Below are positions 12,881 to 25,142 of a DNA stretch of 64,000 nucleotides, one piece after another (within the stretch, counting starts at the first letter, position 1; every line of letters begins with the position of its first letter). The stretch covers positions 13,594,359 through 13,658,358 of the forward strand of contig OZ316893.1 in assembly GCA_973895155.1 (NCBI GenBank), in the 5' to 3' direction. The position numbers and the translations under genes were made by a program. The notes below the pieces were generated by a model. It was not told the origin of the DNA. It did not search any database and saw only the letters and a program-made list of their open reading frames with translations. The DNA is from Marsupella aquatica. Its lineage: Eukaryota > Plantae > Marchantiophyta.

Positions 12881-13723
12881 ATGGCTGCGGTTTCAGCCAC
12901 AATCGTCGGTGCCGTACTCGGATCCGTTGCTGGGCGGCAGACGGCTACAACCCAGGTATGGATCTCGATCGGAGGCCATAGCTACTGACTGCCCTGTGAA
13001 AGATTTGAGCAGTTTCCTTTGCCATTCCCCCTTTTTTTCCATTGCAGCTGGGTTTCTGTTGTTCATATGCACTGTAGTAGAAGTGGTCATTCAAGAGAAG
13101 CTTTTCTGTTGTCTGCGTGACAGTAATGCTTGATCTAGAAGGTGTGGCGTTGTCATTTGGGTTATCAATTGCTCTACAGGAAGGATCTGATGAACGTATC
13201 AGTTGACTCAGTGAATCGGTTATTTCTGTAACCAGATTGGTGTAAGGGCAGCTGAAGCTAACCCTGGAAAAATCGGAAGTCGCAGGAAAAAAGGAGGCGT
13301 GGTGAGTGTTCTGGCCTTGACTTTAATTGTGTCCATTGATTGTGAGAAATTCTCTGTGGATTAGACTAAGTAGACCTTGCTTTGCGTGTGCCTCTTCAGC
13401 CTCCCGGCCAAAACACCCAATCTCCTGTGGAAGATCGAAGAAGGGTACCTTGTCTGCAGACATATAAGAGACGGTTCAGAGACGAAGGGCAACAAGTGCT
13501 CGATGATGCGGAGGTCTTGCTAGCAAAGGCTTCGAATCCTTATGGTCTCGTGCTTCAAATTGCAGAAGAAGCCAATGAATACTTGCGGAACAACAAGGAG
13601 GAGAGCCTAAGAAGAAGACCTATTTTGAAGGTAATGAGTGATCGAATCAATGAAATCTATGGGGAAGGACTTAGAGATTCCTATATTATTGAAAAGGAAG
13701 ACCTCTCAGAATTCGAGGAATGA
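12881..13723 (+). CDS. PTAC7: PAP12/pTAC7-like plastid-encoded RNA polymerase subunit (omega-like), 3 exons, ~154 aa
   Basis: Exons are 12881-12955, 13236-13301 and 13400-13723 (GT-AG, all phase 0). The N-terminus MAAVSATIVGAVLGSVAGRQ..IGVRAAE looks like a transit peptide. The core RVPCLQTYKRRFRDEGQQVLDDAEVLLAKASNPYGLVLQIAEEANEYLRNNKEE..RPILKVMSDRINE aligns by eye with the recalled angiosperm pTAC7 core (RVPF..IE.LLL.EDNRF.FV..VAAEA.EYV..N.DE..AI.HVLSNRVND). Confidence 0.8.
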
Positions 13724-14499
13724 CTGATAGTGTACACAGAATTGTTCCCGAGTTGGTGATTACTTGTTCGAAATTTGTAATGCCCCTGAAATACCCAAAT
13801 TCATCACATCACTCCCAGCGTTGTTAACTTTTTCTATTTTTCTGATTCTACGATTAGAAGCGCGAAGTGCGAGATTAACTCGTGCTTCGAAGTCATCCAA
13901 TCTCGTGCACTGGCGGAAGTTGAGTGATCGTTACTGACAATTGAATCTTGTGGTCATGGTTTCCCCATGCCCAGAATATTCTTGACTTCGAGAATAGTTG
14001 TGAATTTGCGTAACTCAGCTGTTGGATTGAACGCTTGAGGGACTTCTCTGAGAGTAAGAAATATCACCATCTCAGCCTTCCAATTGTAGAAACTCAGCCT
14101 CAGGGACGAATGCAGCCATTGTTGAATCTAAATGGTGGCCGTATGTTTACCATAGAGCATTTGCTGTCCTCTTCAGAAATTGTCAATTGCTGATCGCTGC
14201 CGAGGTTTTTGACAGTGTGCAAGCCACCCAGGGACAAATCCTCTCTACCTGATTTTCAAGCATGTAGCGACGATTGCAAACGTATACTTCCACACCCCAA
14301 CTAAGTATCTGCTCTTAAAAAAATTCAGGGGAAATGCCATAACCGGTCTGAACTTCTATCCGATGTGTGTCACGGCATTGCTCAAATTTGGCACTCGGAG
14401 CACTACCAATCACGGAGAATAAGCGACAGGGAGAACATCCACCACATCCAGTTCCCTGACACTAGACACGCCCAAATTCTACTGGGACCTACATTTCGT

Positions 14500-16100
14500 G
14501 ATCTCTTGATCTTGCCTAGCCCAGTTCGTTTTGTTTTTCGAAGCAAAATATAAACGCTTGTCTAGCTCCTGTATTGAACACCTTCTTACTGCATTTGCTG
14601 CAGTACTGGTCTCTCGAGTGAGTACTGTAGACGTATACAGCCCAGTTGGGATGTGCATAGTACAAGCAAGTATTTAACAAGGTTTGTGGGTTAGCGTTTG
14701 GTGGATCTGTTTCGTATGGGACAGACAGCTTACAGATGACAGCATGCGAAGCTTTCTCCTTCAACCACCCGAATTTAGTTCATATCTACTCTTTCGCACT
14801 CTTTCCTAAAATTTACGTACCTCGGTGGATGTATTGACCTTGCCGGATGGTGGGAGAAACTTTCATCCCAACCGCAATGGACACGGAGTTTGGAACAGTC
14901 CTCAAGGCAAACCACACGAAGAAGGAATGCCACGCAACTCTTTTTAATTCCGCTCAACTCTCTTTGAACGAAGTGTCGTTGGGATTGAGAGGGCCTCTAT
15001 CCTCAATACCTATATATGAGAAAGACACATGCCTTCGCCTTCGAAATTCTGGAGATACAGGGACAGCTCTTATTCGGATGAGAGAAGTGAGAAGAAAGCG
15101 GGTCGGTTGTACAGTGTTTCCGAATATGAGAAATTTAGGTCATGTCATCCACCTTACAATTGTCATAATAGCGTTACTGATAATCTCTCCTCCAAACGAA
15201 TACAATGCAACAATACTTGATTTGGTCCCACTGTACAGAGACGTTAGATAACGAGTTTAATCAGTTTTCTATGTTGACAGAGAGTTATTTTCTACGCTAG
15301 ACGGTGGAAAATGTTCACCAAACCTGGCTCCATGGTCGACAATGTCGGATCGTTGGTACATCTGCCAAGATCAGGCACACAGCCTTACCCACTGATCATG
15401 TTCCAGCTAATTTTCAAAAGTTTTCAGGTCTTGCTGTTCTGTTTGGAATGCTACAGTACCTGAGAAACTACTTGAGCGAGATTTTGGCAAATACTAGTCC
15501 CCATAAAAGATGGCCCCACCAGTTAGCATCACCAAAGTTCGTGTCAGGCCCTTAGATATTTGGATAATTAAAAACGGTGCGTGAGCCCCTCCTATATTGT
15601 GGGCGGGCATTCAAAAGTAGAGCGTTCAGCGTAGAGCTTGACAATTTGCCGTCCCTAGGATTTGTATTCCCAAGGCCACCGACAAAGACTTCTACAGGAA
15701 GGTAACCAGCATATAAAGTCATGTTTGTGGTCCCCATTGTTATGCCAAAGGGGCCATGATAATTGGCGTGCATACACCTCTCTGCACCGTTATGACCGAC
15801 TCAGCAAGAGATTCAACGAGTCATTGATTGTGGGGACAAGCTCTGAGGGCCACATTGAAAGGGTTATAAGAATATTTCGGTTGCAACCATGAAAACGAAG
15901 ATGGAGCTATCCAGCTGCTATGTCACTGTACTTGAAATAATAAACATGATAAGCATGGACCTTTCGGTTGTGAGGGCAAGGGTGACTATAAACTTGATCA
16001 TCTAAGTGCTGTTTAATCATGCACCTTTCGGTTAAGCAGATGAAAATAAAGTACCTGCATTCAGTGATCGGTTCCAGAACGTATTCCAATTTAAGATCGT
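14500..16100 (-). mobile_element. Probable degenerate Penelope-like retroelement RT remnant(s)
   Basis: ORF 15552-15773 contains YHGPFGITMGTTNMTLYAGYLPVE (cf. PLE G.AMGT..AP.YA.L) then YRRGSRTVF at the spacing of (Y)RYIDDIF. Downstream KISWNMIS..VPDL resembles FLDL, and LLNTCLYYAHP (14516-14764) resembles K..N.YL...S.HP. Confidence 0.4.
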
Positions 16101-17072
16101 ACCATCCAGATTGACTGCAGAAATCCTAGTAACTTGCACGTGCTTTGAAACACAACCAACGGAAAGAACGAAACGAAAGGTTCCCGGAATCCTCTAAAAG
16201 GTCACAGGTCTTAAGGTCGATCAAATTTAGATAGTCTACCTAAAATGCAAGATAGCAACATCAGGACTACATTCACGCCTTGAACACCCTGATGAGACAA
16301 AAGGCCAACACCAACATATATTGCCATACGAACTCTTCAAGAGTTAAAAGAGAACAATCGTGGACTCCTCGAAAACCATTGTTTACATGACCAGATGGAT
16401 CTGAACATATGTCTCTCGTATGATGTCTCAGACCACAGATTTTCAGATCTGACTGACCCCTCCAGAAACCTATTCCACAGCTCAAGTGGACCTAGCAATT
16501 TGTTACGGGTCAAGAATCCACATTTCTCGGGATGCCTCCCGGCTAAATCCTTATCCCACGGCCCAAATTGCGCATGTAGACAGACTAATCCAAAATACCT
16601 GAAGTCCGCAACTTTAAGCTGAAATAAGCTGAAAATAACTTTTACCTGTTCGGCCCCAAAAGGTAACACAAGGTGACAATATACACTGAAGACTTGTACA
16701 ATTTGCACCTGTACTATCCAGTTACCTCCTCATGACGAAGACTTGTCTGTGACCGATAACGATCAACATGGAACGCAAGCACCCGGACCTTTAAAAAAGG
16801 TTGCTTATCCTTCAGAGTAGAGAAGCCATGGATTCTGATCTATCTGACACTTTTTTACAGACACTAATGAATGTAGCAAATTGATATGCACAGCGAAGCA
16901 GCAATGCTCTAAATTCTGTATAGCTACCGCAACGAAACGTCTATGAAACAACTGTACAGTCTAGGGCTTGAGACAGTCGTGATTTGCACAAAGTTCGGCA
17001 AAATATCTTCAGGTGCGACCAGCCCACCTGCAAGAACTAACACTACGAAATCTTTTTGGTCCCTACGAGCAG

Positions 17073-20000
17073 TTAAACTTCCAACCTTTGTAGGACACTG
17101 GCCCTGTCAAACCGAAAATTCCGGAAGCCTGCGCCAGGAGTCTCACGCACAGGATTCGCCGAATGAACTAGGTCAGCCGGAGGTTGTTGCAGTGGAGCCG
17201 ATGATGGAGGCACAGTGGGTCCTGTACTGCTTACAGAACTCGAACTTCCGCTGTGCTTCACTTTCCAGACTGTGGTGGCTGCACAAATTACAAATGAAAT
17301 CAGGGTCTAAAGTGCTTCACATCCCCAGCTTACCGAAGCTTCTGAAGGGAGAGATGAACCACAGTAGCTGAAGATTACACAATCAGCCTAAAAAAGGTGT
17401 CATTAGTACAAGAGGACCACAACCAATCGCCCTGTAGAACCAAAGAAAGATGTTGGACCTTTCTCAAAAACTCCCGGTCCGCTTCTACATTAACAAAACA
17501 AGGTGAAAGGCAAAATATTTTGACCGTGTACATGACAGTGAGGAGTAGTCCAAGAGCTCTGAGAAACATAAGAAAGAAAATAAAGGGAAATAAATCCCCT
17601 TCAAACTATAGAAGGCCTAGTTGCATATAGTCTCTCGTGACCTACTTCCACTGCTTTGACATTCTTAAACAGTTGAACATTATATCAGAACATACATGAA
17701 ATATAATCAATCATATTTTTAACTAAAATGGAGATGTCATAAGTGGAGATGATAAAGCTGTTTCCCAAATACCTTTGCTCGACGAGTCTGTCTTTGGAGC
17801 AGCTGCAGCCCTATTGCCATGAATCCAATTTTTAAGATGCCTGCTTAGAAGACAATCAGGAACTTTAGGGGCAAAGAACAATTTATCAACATAACACCAA
17901 GCTGGATAGGTCATCTGGATTTCAAACCTTCGTCCAAAAGAAAATATCAATCCAATCCAAGGGAAACAAAACACAAATCAAACATCATTTACACGTTGAA
18001 TATGTTAAACTTCGGTTAACATGGGGCATGAAGCAGGTCTTACCCCACAAAGGGCCAAACCATGAAATATTTCATCCCAGTTGGACCACGGTTGTGGGAC
18101 TGTTCGTTGCTTGCCACAGGAAGCTCGTCGACTCTGTGCCAAGCTATTTCCTGAATAGGAAACGATATCTTAGTGGAGTGTTGTCCTAAGTAACATGGCC
18201 AAAGTCAAACCTCATTCTCAACACAGGTGTACTCTTTGCCCTAGTTAGATGCAATTTTATTGCACTCTGGTCTTCACTTCTCGGCAGAGGACTACTTTCC
18301 TAACTTCTGATCTCTGACATGCCCAAGCCCACAAACCCGCACGGCCAGTGAATGCACAAAGAACTATTGTCAACGGAACATACACTTATTTCCTTCTTCG
18401 TCTGGGGAACGAACAACGTGTCTTCGCTGACTCCAGGAATGATATATAGTCGCATCCTCTGCTGGCCTATAACCACCTCCAGATAATGATCCACTTGTAA
18501 CAAACCTGAAATATCAAATCCTGTCTCTTCCCACACCTGCAGGAGACGCAATTGACGCACACAGATCTCTCACTCCAGAGTAAGCAATTCACTTAAACAA
18601 AAGTTGTACCGAGAGCCGCCGCGCCCACCAAACCCGCACCAAATGAAGACAAGACACAGCAAAGCAAAGCCAATTGAGTTTTTCAACTCATGACCTAACT
18701 TTCAGGGCGATCAGGCAAGGCACGAACCTCTCGGGCTGCACAATTGTGGTCCTCTTCATCCTTGTTTTTCTTCCCTCTTGGGAAACTCCAGCTCGCGCCT
18801 GGTTTCCACCCTTTCACGAGCAGACACTGAGCAAAAAAATTGGCTACTCAGTCTGTTCCATATTCGCAACTTGCCTAAGCAGAAAATGAAACAATCTTGG
18901 CAACCCAAATCCTCACTCATATCCCTAACGGAATATCTGCTGCAGGAAATGTCTCACAGCACGAATGTACTACGCGTACTAAAGCACCACATCACGCACC
19001 CTTTCAAAGGACTCGTCCAGGATGATGGCACCAGTAACTGGCACACGAATTTTGTACGTTGTAAAGTCCTTATAAATATCATCGATGTGGGCAATGTAGG
19101 GCCGCAGTGCGGCACAGCTCTGGAACACTTCCTTAGTCAAGACCAACAATACGCAGCAGAGAAGGAAATCATCGGACAAAACTGAGCAGCCTTGTCGTCA
19201 CAATATCATCCGACAAACTTGAAAGCCAGTTCCTCATAAGATAGATCTAGATAGACGCTTCGTGCTTAACAAATGGAACGAAAAGTTAAGACATTCTGAA
19301 AACTCCCAGATAAATCGCCAAAATTGAGGTCCTGCAGATAAACAGAGCACTGGCTTGCTGACCAGGCCTCTACTAACTTCACGCGGCTCTCCGCTTGTGC
19401 CATTAAGGAAAAGCGGACGTTCTATCAGGGTAAGGATACTTAAGGATGTAAAGTCGCGAAGATTAAGACTTTTCAAAGAGGCATTCTGTTCCATCGTATT
19501 GTCCTCATAGAACCAGTGAGCTTGCTCTACTAGAAACAATATCCTCTCGAAGGATTGCAGCTCCTCCTCCGGGGCATTCAATACGAAACGACTGCACAGC
19601 ACATACAAACAAACAGCGGCAAGCAAACAAACAAAAAAACCAGAGTTCTTAGTATCCACACTATCTCCATGAAGTCTAAGAGCATGAATCCGCTTCGACA
19701 ACCTTTCCTCTCAATTTTTCCAAAAATGCAACCGGACGAAGTGGGCGGTCGAATCGACACCTACTCCTTCCACAAATTTGGAACAGCGGTCCGTCCACCG
19801 TCCATAATTCTCTCCTTTATACTCCCCTCACCTCAATAAATCTAAAAAGACGAAAATGCTGCAGGCAGGCAGGAAGGCAAGGCAAGGCAATCTGCCTCCA
19901 GAGCCCTTCGTTGAACACTCGAGAGCCAAAATCAATGACGGCAGAACATACTCCACTCGACTCCACTCAACTCCATGCTCAAGAACAAGCACGAGAGGAC

Positions 20001-20145
20001 ATGACTATCACAAATGTTCAATGCTCAGGCCACCAATGGTCGACACGGAAAATGCTCTTCTATTGCACCTGCACAAGTCGTCGAGGAGCTCCTGCGACGG
20101 TAGCGTCGCTCGTTGCGACCTCTGTGATCGCTCGTTGCCAGACAT
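17073..20145 (-). CDS. DCP2: mRNA decapping enzyme DCP2 (Box A + Nudix), 8 exons, ~329 aa
   Basis: Exons are 20145-20069, 19591-19440, 19127-19000, 18826-18728, 18536-18384, 18150-18044, 17840-17773 and 17278-17073, all GT-AG and 990 nt in frame. Motifs: ELLDDLCSRFVLN..FERILFLVEQAHWFYEDN; Nudix box GKKNKDEEDHNCAAREVWEETG; C-terminal FRNFRFDR. Confidence 0.95.
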
Positions 20146-20184
20146 TGTCGATAGCGCACCTACACCTCCTTCTCAATTGCTCCT

Positions 20185-20332
20185 CCTTTTAAAAACCTCT
20201 CGGTCTCTCTCAGTTTCTTCCAGAATGAACACTAGAGCCACAAAATTGCTCCTCTAAAACACCTCAATGTCTCTATCTCTCTCAGTTTCTTCCAGAATGA
20301 ACTCTGGAGCCACAAAATTGCTCCTCCAAAAA

Positions 20333-20396
<64 letters not shown>

Positions 20397-20765
20397 AGCT
20401 TCTTCCAGATTGAAGACTGGAGCCACAAAATGTTCGCACCGGACGAACACAGTGATTGATTCCGTCGTGGGCAAGGCATGCGCAAGCAAAGGAAAGGGAA
20501 GGAAAGGAAGCGTCAGAGGTGTGAGAGCAGGGATCCCTCTCAGTTTCTTCCAGAATGAAGACTGGAGCCACAAAATTGCTCCTCCAAAAAACCTCAATCT
20601 CTCTCTCACTCGCTCTCTCACTCGCTCTCAGCTTCTTCCAGATTGAAGACTGGAGCCACCAAATGTTCGCACCGGATGGACACAGTGATTCATTCCGTCG
20701 TGGGGGCATGCGCGAGCAAAGGAAAGGACGGGAAAGGAAGCGTCAGAAGTGTGAGAGCAGGTATC
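20185..20765. repeat. Nested duplications and (CT)30 microsatellite immediately upstream of the DCP2 start
   Basis: CTTCCAGA(A/T)TGAAGACTGGAGCCAC-type unit occurs five times. A ~250-bp block is duplicated (~20281-20537 and ~20538-20765). (CT)30 lies at 20335-20394. Confidence 0.85.
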
Positions 20766-20919
20766 GACGTAAAAAAGCAGACAGAGCAGCACGTTGATGT
20801 TCGCACAATTGTTTATAACTTGGGGGAGAGATATACTTGATGGACCCCATGAGACCACATGAGATTTTATGAGATTTTGCGTACGTTGAGTTAAGGTTTA
20901 AGAACAGTCTAGATCATTC

Positions 20920-21151
20920 TTGGGGTCCATCAAGTACCAATTTGCATTTTGGGGGGGGTCCATCACGTGAATTTGCATTTTGGGGGGGGGTCCATCAAGT
21001 GACAATTTGCATTTTGGGGGGGGGTCCATCAAGTACCAATTTGCATTTTGGGGGGGGTCCATCACGTGAATTTGCATTTTGGGGGGGGGTCCATCAAGTG
21101 ACAATTTGCATTTTGGGGGGGGTCCATCAAGTAACAATTTGCATTTTGGGG
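20920..21151. repeat. G-run minisatellite, ~32-bp unit x7, with trimeric higher-order pattern
   Basis: TTTGCATTTTG(8-9)TCCATCA followed by AGTACCAA / CGTGAA / AGTGACAA, in order ABC-ABC-A'. An inverted copy TACTTGATGGACCCCA lies at ~20834-20849. Confidence 0.9.
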
Positions 21152-23457
21152 TTGATTGAGGGCAATAAGGAGTTTTTCAAATTTAACGACCACAAAGTGA
21201 GCAAGAGGAAGGAACTTCCAAGAACCCTGATTTGTTTGTTAGGTTGGGATTTTGAAGCCCTGATTTGCTTGTTGGATTGGTTATTTGAAGTGAAAAAAGG
21301 GTCAAACAAAGTACAATGGAGTAAAGAGCAAAAGTTGTGCTGAGAACAAATACCAAACTTAAATGAAGAGGATATATGAGTACAAATGCAAACCCCAAAG
21401 ACCCTTAGTAGAAAGACAACAAATAAAGATCATCTAGTGCAACAGGGTGATGAGCTAATGGTACATGTAGTGCAATATGATTATGAGCTAAGGGGATCTA
21501 GTGCAATAGTGTGCTGAGCTAATTACACACGGAGTGCAATAGGATGATAAGCTAAGGGGTGCCCTCTGTGGGCAAGCCTCCCCTGTGGAGCAACGGTATA
21601 AGGTTCATCGATTGTGGGACCTTGATCATGCAGAATTAATGATTAATCTAAACAGTTGCTGAGGCAAAAAGTATTGCACTAGAAATAGAAGCCGCCCTCA
21701 TCAGGACATGCATTGAATGCCCAAATTGAAAATCTCGAGGATGATTTCCAGTCACCCACTTGCCACCCCAGACGCCCTCCTTGGCCTTCTCTTGTTTGCC
21801 ACAATGGGGGTGATTGGAAATGAGCACATAAGTTTATTTCAGCTTTTAAGTACTTTGCCCACTAAAGATGTTCTAATTGACAATATTATATGGCTTTTTT
21901 TGTATTTATAAATATGCCACGAATTCGTATATGGATGACAAGTTCATCAATGTAACCAGGAGAATTATTGTCACTTGCCTATCCAACCATTTATACGTAA
22001 GATCGTACTTTCCTTTGCATAAACTGTTGGTATCGTGTTACAGGGTCGTTGAGGGACGCTATTTGGAGGATTCCCACACGTAAGGATGAATATGTTTGAT
22101 TCCGCTCCCGGAAGTGTACTTTTTGATCAAGTCTACCGACTGGCCTCTACGTTTTTGATCAAGTCATGGGGAATGGTCCTACATTCTACAACTAATGGCC
22201 ACCGGGTGAGTGTTGTCACCACTCCCCCTTACATGGTCAATCGTACAAACGTTTTACAATAGGATTTTAACACTAGTGACCAAGGCAACCTCTTTCACAA
22301 CAAAGCCAATCACATGCACTAGGGGAAGGAAAACAGGCAACACAAGAAGTAACAAGTGACACACAAAATTTCTGAACTTCAAACCAAATCCATATTTCTT
22401 AGTGGTGTACGCAACACATGCAAGGACAACCCGGGCTCCTGCCGTCTGCCCAACTCCTCCCTCCTTGGGACAAGCGATACGTCCTCCACCTCACTACTCT
22501 GGCTGAAATCCCTCCTCTTCCGTGTGCTACTCACAAAGATCTTTCCATACTAAACTAAGTTCCCCCCAATTCACTACGGGGCTCCCCCTAAATACTAAAA
22601 AAACACACCAAAGCACCCCTCACGGGGTTACGACGATGGTGGCTACCCTAGCAGCGCCACTAAAACCTTACACGAGAAATCCCTAACCTAAAACATACGG
22701 CACATACATGCTCCTAAAACCCTAATCTAACTATGGGACCGACGGTGCCTTCAACAGTGCCAACTGTAATCCGTAATGCATACAAAAAAGGGCCCTACAC
22801 TAGTCGAAACTCAGAACTACTCCAAATACGCTTCTAATGAACAACCTGTGTGGCCCTCCTCCACCTGAACACGACTCCGTAAACAGACCTCGGACGGTCA
22901 AGTTATGGATGTTTGAATCCGTAATATGCCCGAACTCATAACTTCTTGGTCTTGGCTCCGCTCAGGGAGCGTCGCACCTTGCCAGAATTGGCTCCTCAAG
23001 CTCCTTCCAACAAGCCCTGGAGTTGATCATTCTGAGATGTGTCAGAAACGATAATCCATATGGCTAACATCCGTATGGCCTACTAGTCCTCCTCATTACC
23101 ACCACCGGTCCGCCATAGAAGGAGGGGCCCCAACAATTGTCGAAACTAAAATATTCTCATAATTCACTTCTGACAAAATATCTTAGGAGCCCTCCTCTTC
23201 CTGATCACGGCTCCATAAACGGCGCACAAAACTGAGGTCAAACGGTTGAGAGATATATACGGCTGTTCACATATTTACGATAATCGGGGCACTGCCTCCC
23301 TCCTCTCCATCCGTACAACACACCACCCCGGCTTTGCAAAACATAGATCACCGTTCCCGTAGGGGCTGCTACTTACTCCTCCCCTTGGAAAGTCGGGACC
23401 TCCTACAGTACGGAAGTCTGTACGGCCTCCAAACTCCCGTATTCTCAAAAAACGTGA

Positions 23458-23785
23458 TGTCACACCATTCTAGGTAGTGTTAGAGTGTATCATACTATCT
23501 AGATCCGTATGTTTGGTATGTGTGCTATATGAGCCGATAAGGTTCCGTCAGGTTTGTGTGAGAGGGTACTTCTCACTTGTGAGGCATTGAAAGGTCATCT
23601 TTCAATGTTGAGCCTTGGAGAGAGAGGAGCTTGAGTGGCTATGGTGGCTGTGAGCTCCGCTTGTGTAACGTGGATTCCTTGAGTAGTGCAAGGTGCGTTG
23701 GCTTGATATACGTGTGTGATCGGATCGGTGCGGGATCGATGCGGTATTGTTGACCGGGATCGTTGTGCCGATTGTGTGGAGATTA
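23458..23785 (+). repeat. Terminal repeat A1 (328 bp)
   Basis: Matches 29501-29828 with about 4 substitutions by eye. Confidence 0.95.
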
Positions 23786-23796
23786 CATTGAAAGAT
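23785..23796 (+). promoter_or_regulatory. Putative self-priming primer-binding site
   Basis: ACATTGAAAGAT is the exact reverse complement of ATCTTTCAATGT (23597-23608) inside repeat A. No TGG tRNA-type PBS follows A1. Confidence 0.6.
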
Positions 23797-25142
23797 CAGA
23801 TGCGAACTCTGTTGTGCGGACTGTGCAAACAGAAGTTCGTTTCGGATTGATTGAGTTGGTGATGGTTTGTGGAAATCGTTTCAATCTGTTGCGTGGATCC
23901 GTGGTATCTCGAATCTCATTGAGTAGATCCTTAGTCCTTCAATCTGCTGCAGTTTGTGTTGGCAAATGCTATTTTGAGGATCTCAAATCATTGAAGATCG
24001 CAGATCGCTCATTGTGTCACCGGATCTGGGCACATAACGCTACTGTTGTAGCCGAGTTTGAATATTGGTTTTCGTGGAGGAAAGCATTCCGCGAATGTTG
24101 GCAGATCGTCGGACAGTGGAAGTCATCCACGAGGCTTCAGATCTGATTTTCGACTACTGTGATAAGGCGCAAGTGAAGCGGCGATCTGCCGATGCTCCGC
24201 ACGGTTATGTGGAAGGGCCAATCCGCATTTTTCATGAAGGAAACGATTCACAAAGTTGCTGCAACTCGCGGATCCGATCGACAGGGCGCCGACTGTCCGT
24301 CGCCTGCTTGCAGCTGATCCGACCGCAACTCCCGTTTGACAGGGCGCCGAAGACTGTCCGTCGTTCTGTGAAGGGAAACTGAGAGACGGAAATCTGAATG
24401 TTGCCAAAACTCGATTCGGCGTAGCGGGCGTGAAGGGCTCACTCTTTGGCTCATCTCAGCGTTTTGAGGCTTCGAGGCAACTCGTGGTTACTCGGGACGA
24501 GGGGCGTGAGGGCGGAGCAGGAGCGGGCGGGCCAGCAAGCCACTGGTACGTGAGGAGTAGTTGCAAGTGCTGCCATTTTGGAGTGACAGATTTGGTGCAT
24601 AATGACAAGTGAGAGGTCACCCATCCCAAAGCTATTCCTCCTCTCATGCGCTTAACTAGCAAGTTTCTATGTGGTGCATTGTACATGCTTCCTTCCACAT
24701 TTGATATCCAAGGAATGAGGCCCTAGGGGTTTTATGCACTTTTGAATTCATCTAGATACTCTGTTTTAGCTAGTTTGCGATGGATTCTTGAATATTTGAT
24801 GCGGGATTCTTGAGGCCTATTATGAAGGCCCTACATTGAACTATATGCACATTATTTACATGTATTTCTGATTGATTGGTGTGGAGAGTTGTGGTAAATC
24901 CTCTTCTTGTTGTTGGATCCTCTCCACACATGCTTCCTGTTTATGCACCATGTTAGTTTGGCGTGGGCGCTTGATTCTATAGGAGTGATCCGGGTTTGCA
25001 ACCGGACATTCTAGTTGTGCTATGTATTTCTCTCCTGGTGATGTTGGAGTGATGCCCAACACACCATGGTGAGTGCTTGTGGTGCTGACAAGGATAGATT
25101 GCCCTTAAGGTTAGCACATAGATTAGGTTAGGGTTGGTCACC

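Noticed and set aside
20920-21151. CRISPR-like repeat/spacer appearance
   Set aside because: The spacers are only 6-8 nt and recur cyclically, the context is eukaryotic, and there are no cas genes. It is a minisatellite.
21650-22350. Weak Helitron Pif1-like words (WGGK..DFQ) and a hairpin near 30740
   Set aside because: The similarity is too loose and no proper CTRR terminus was found.
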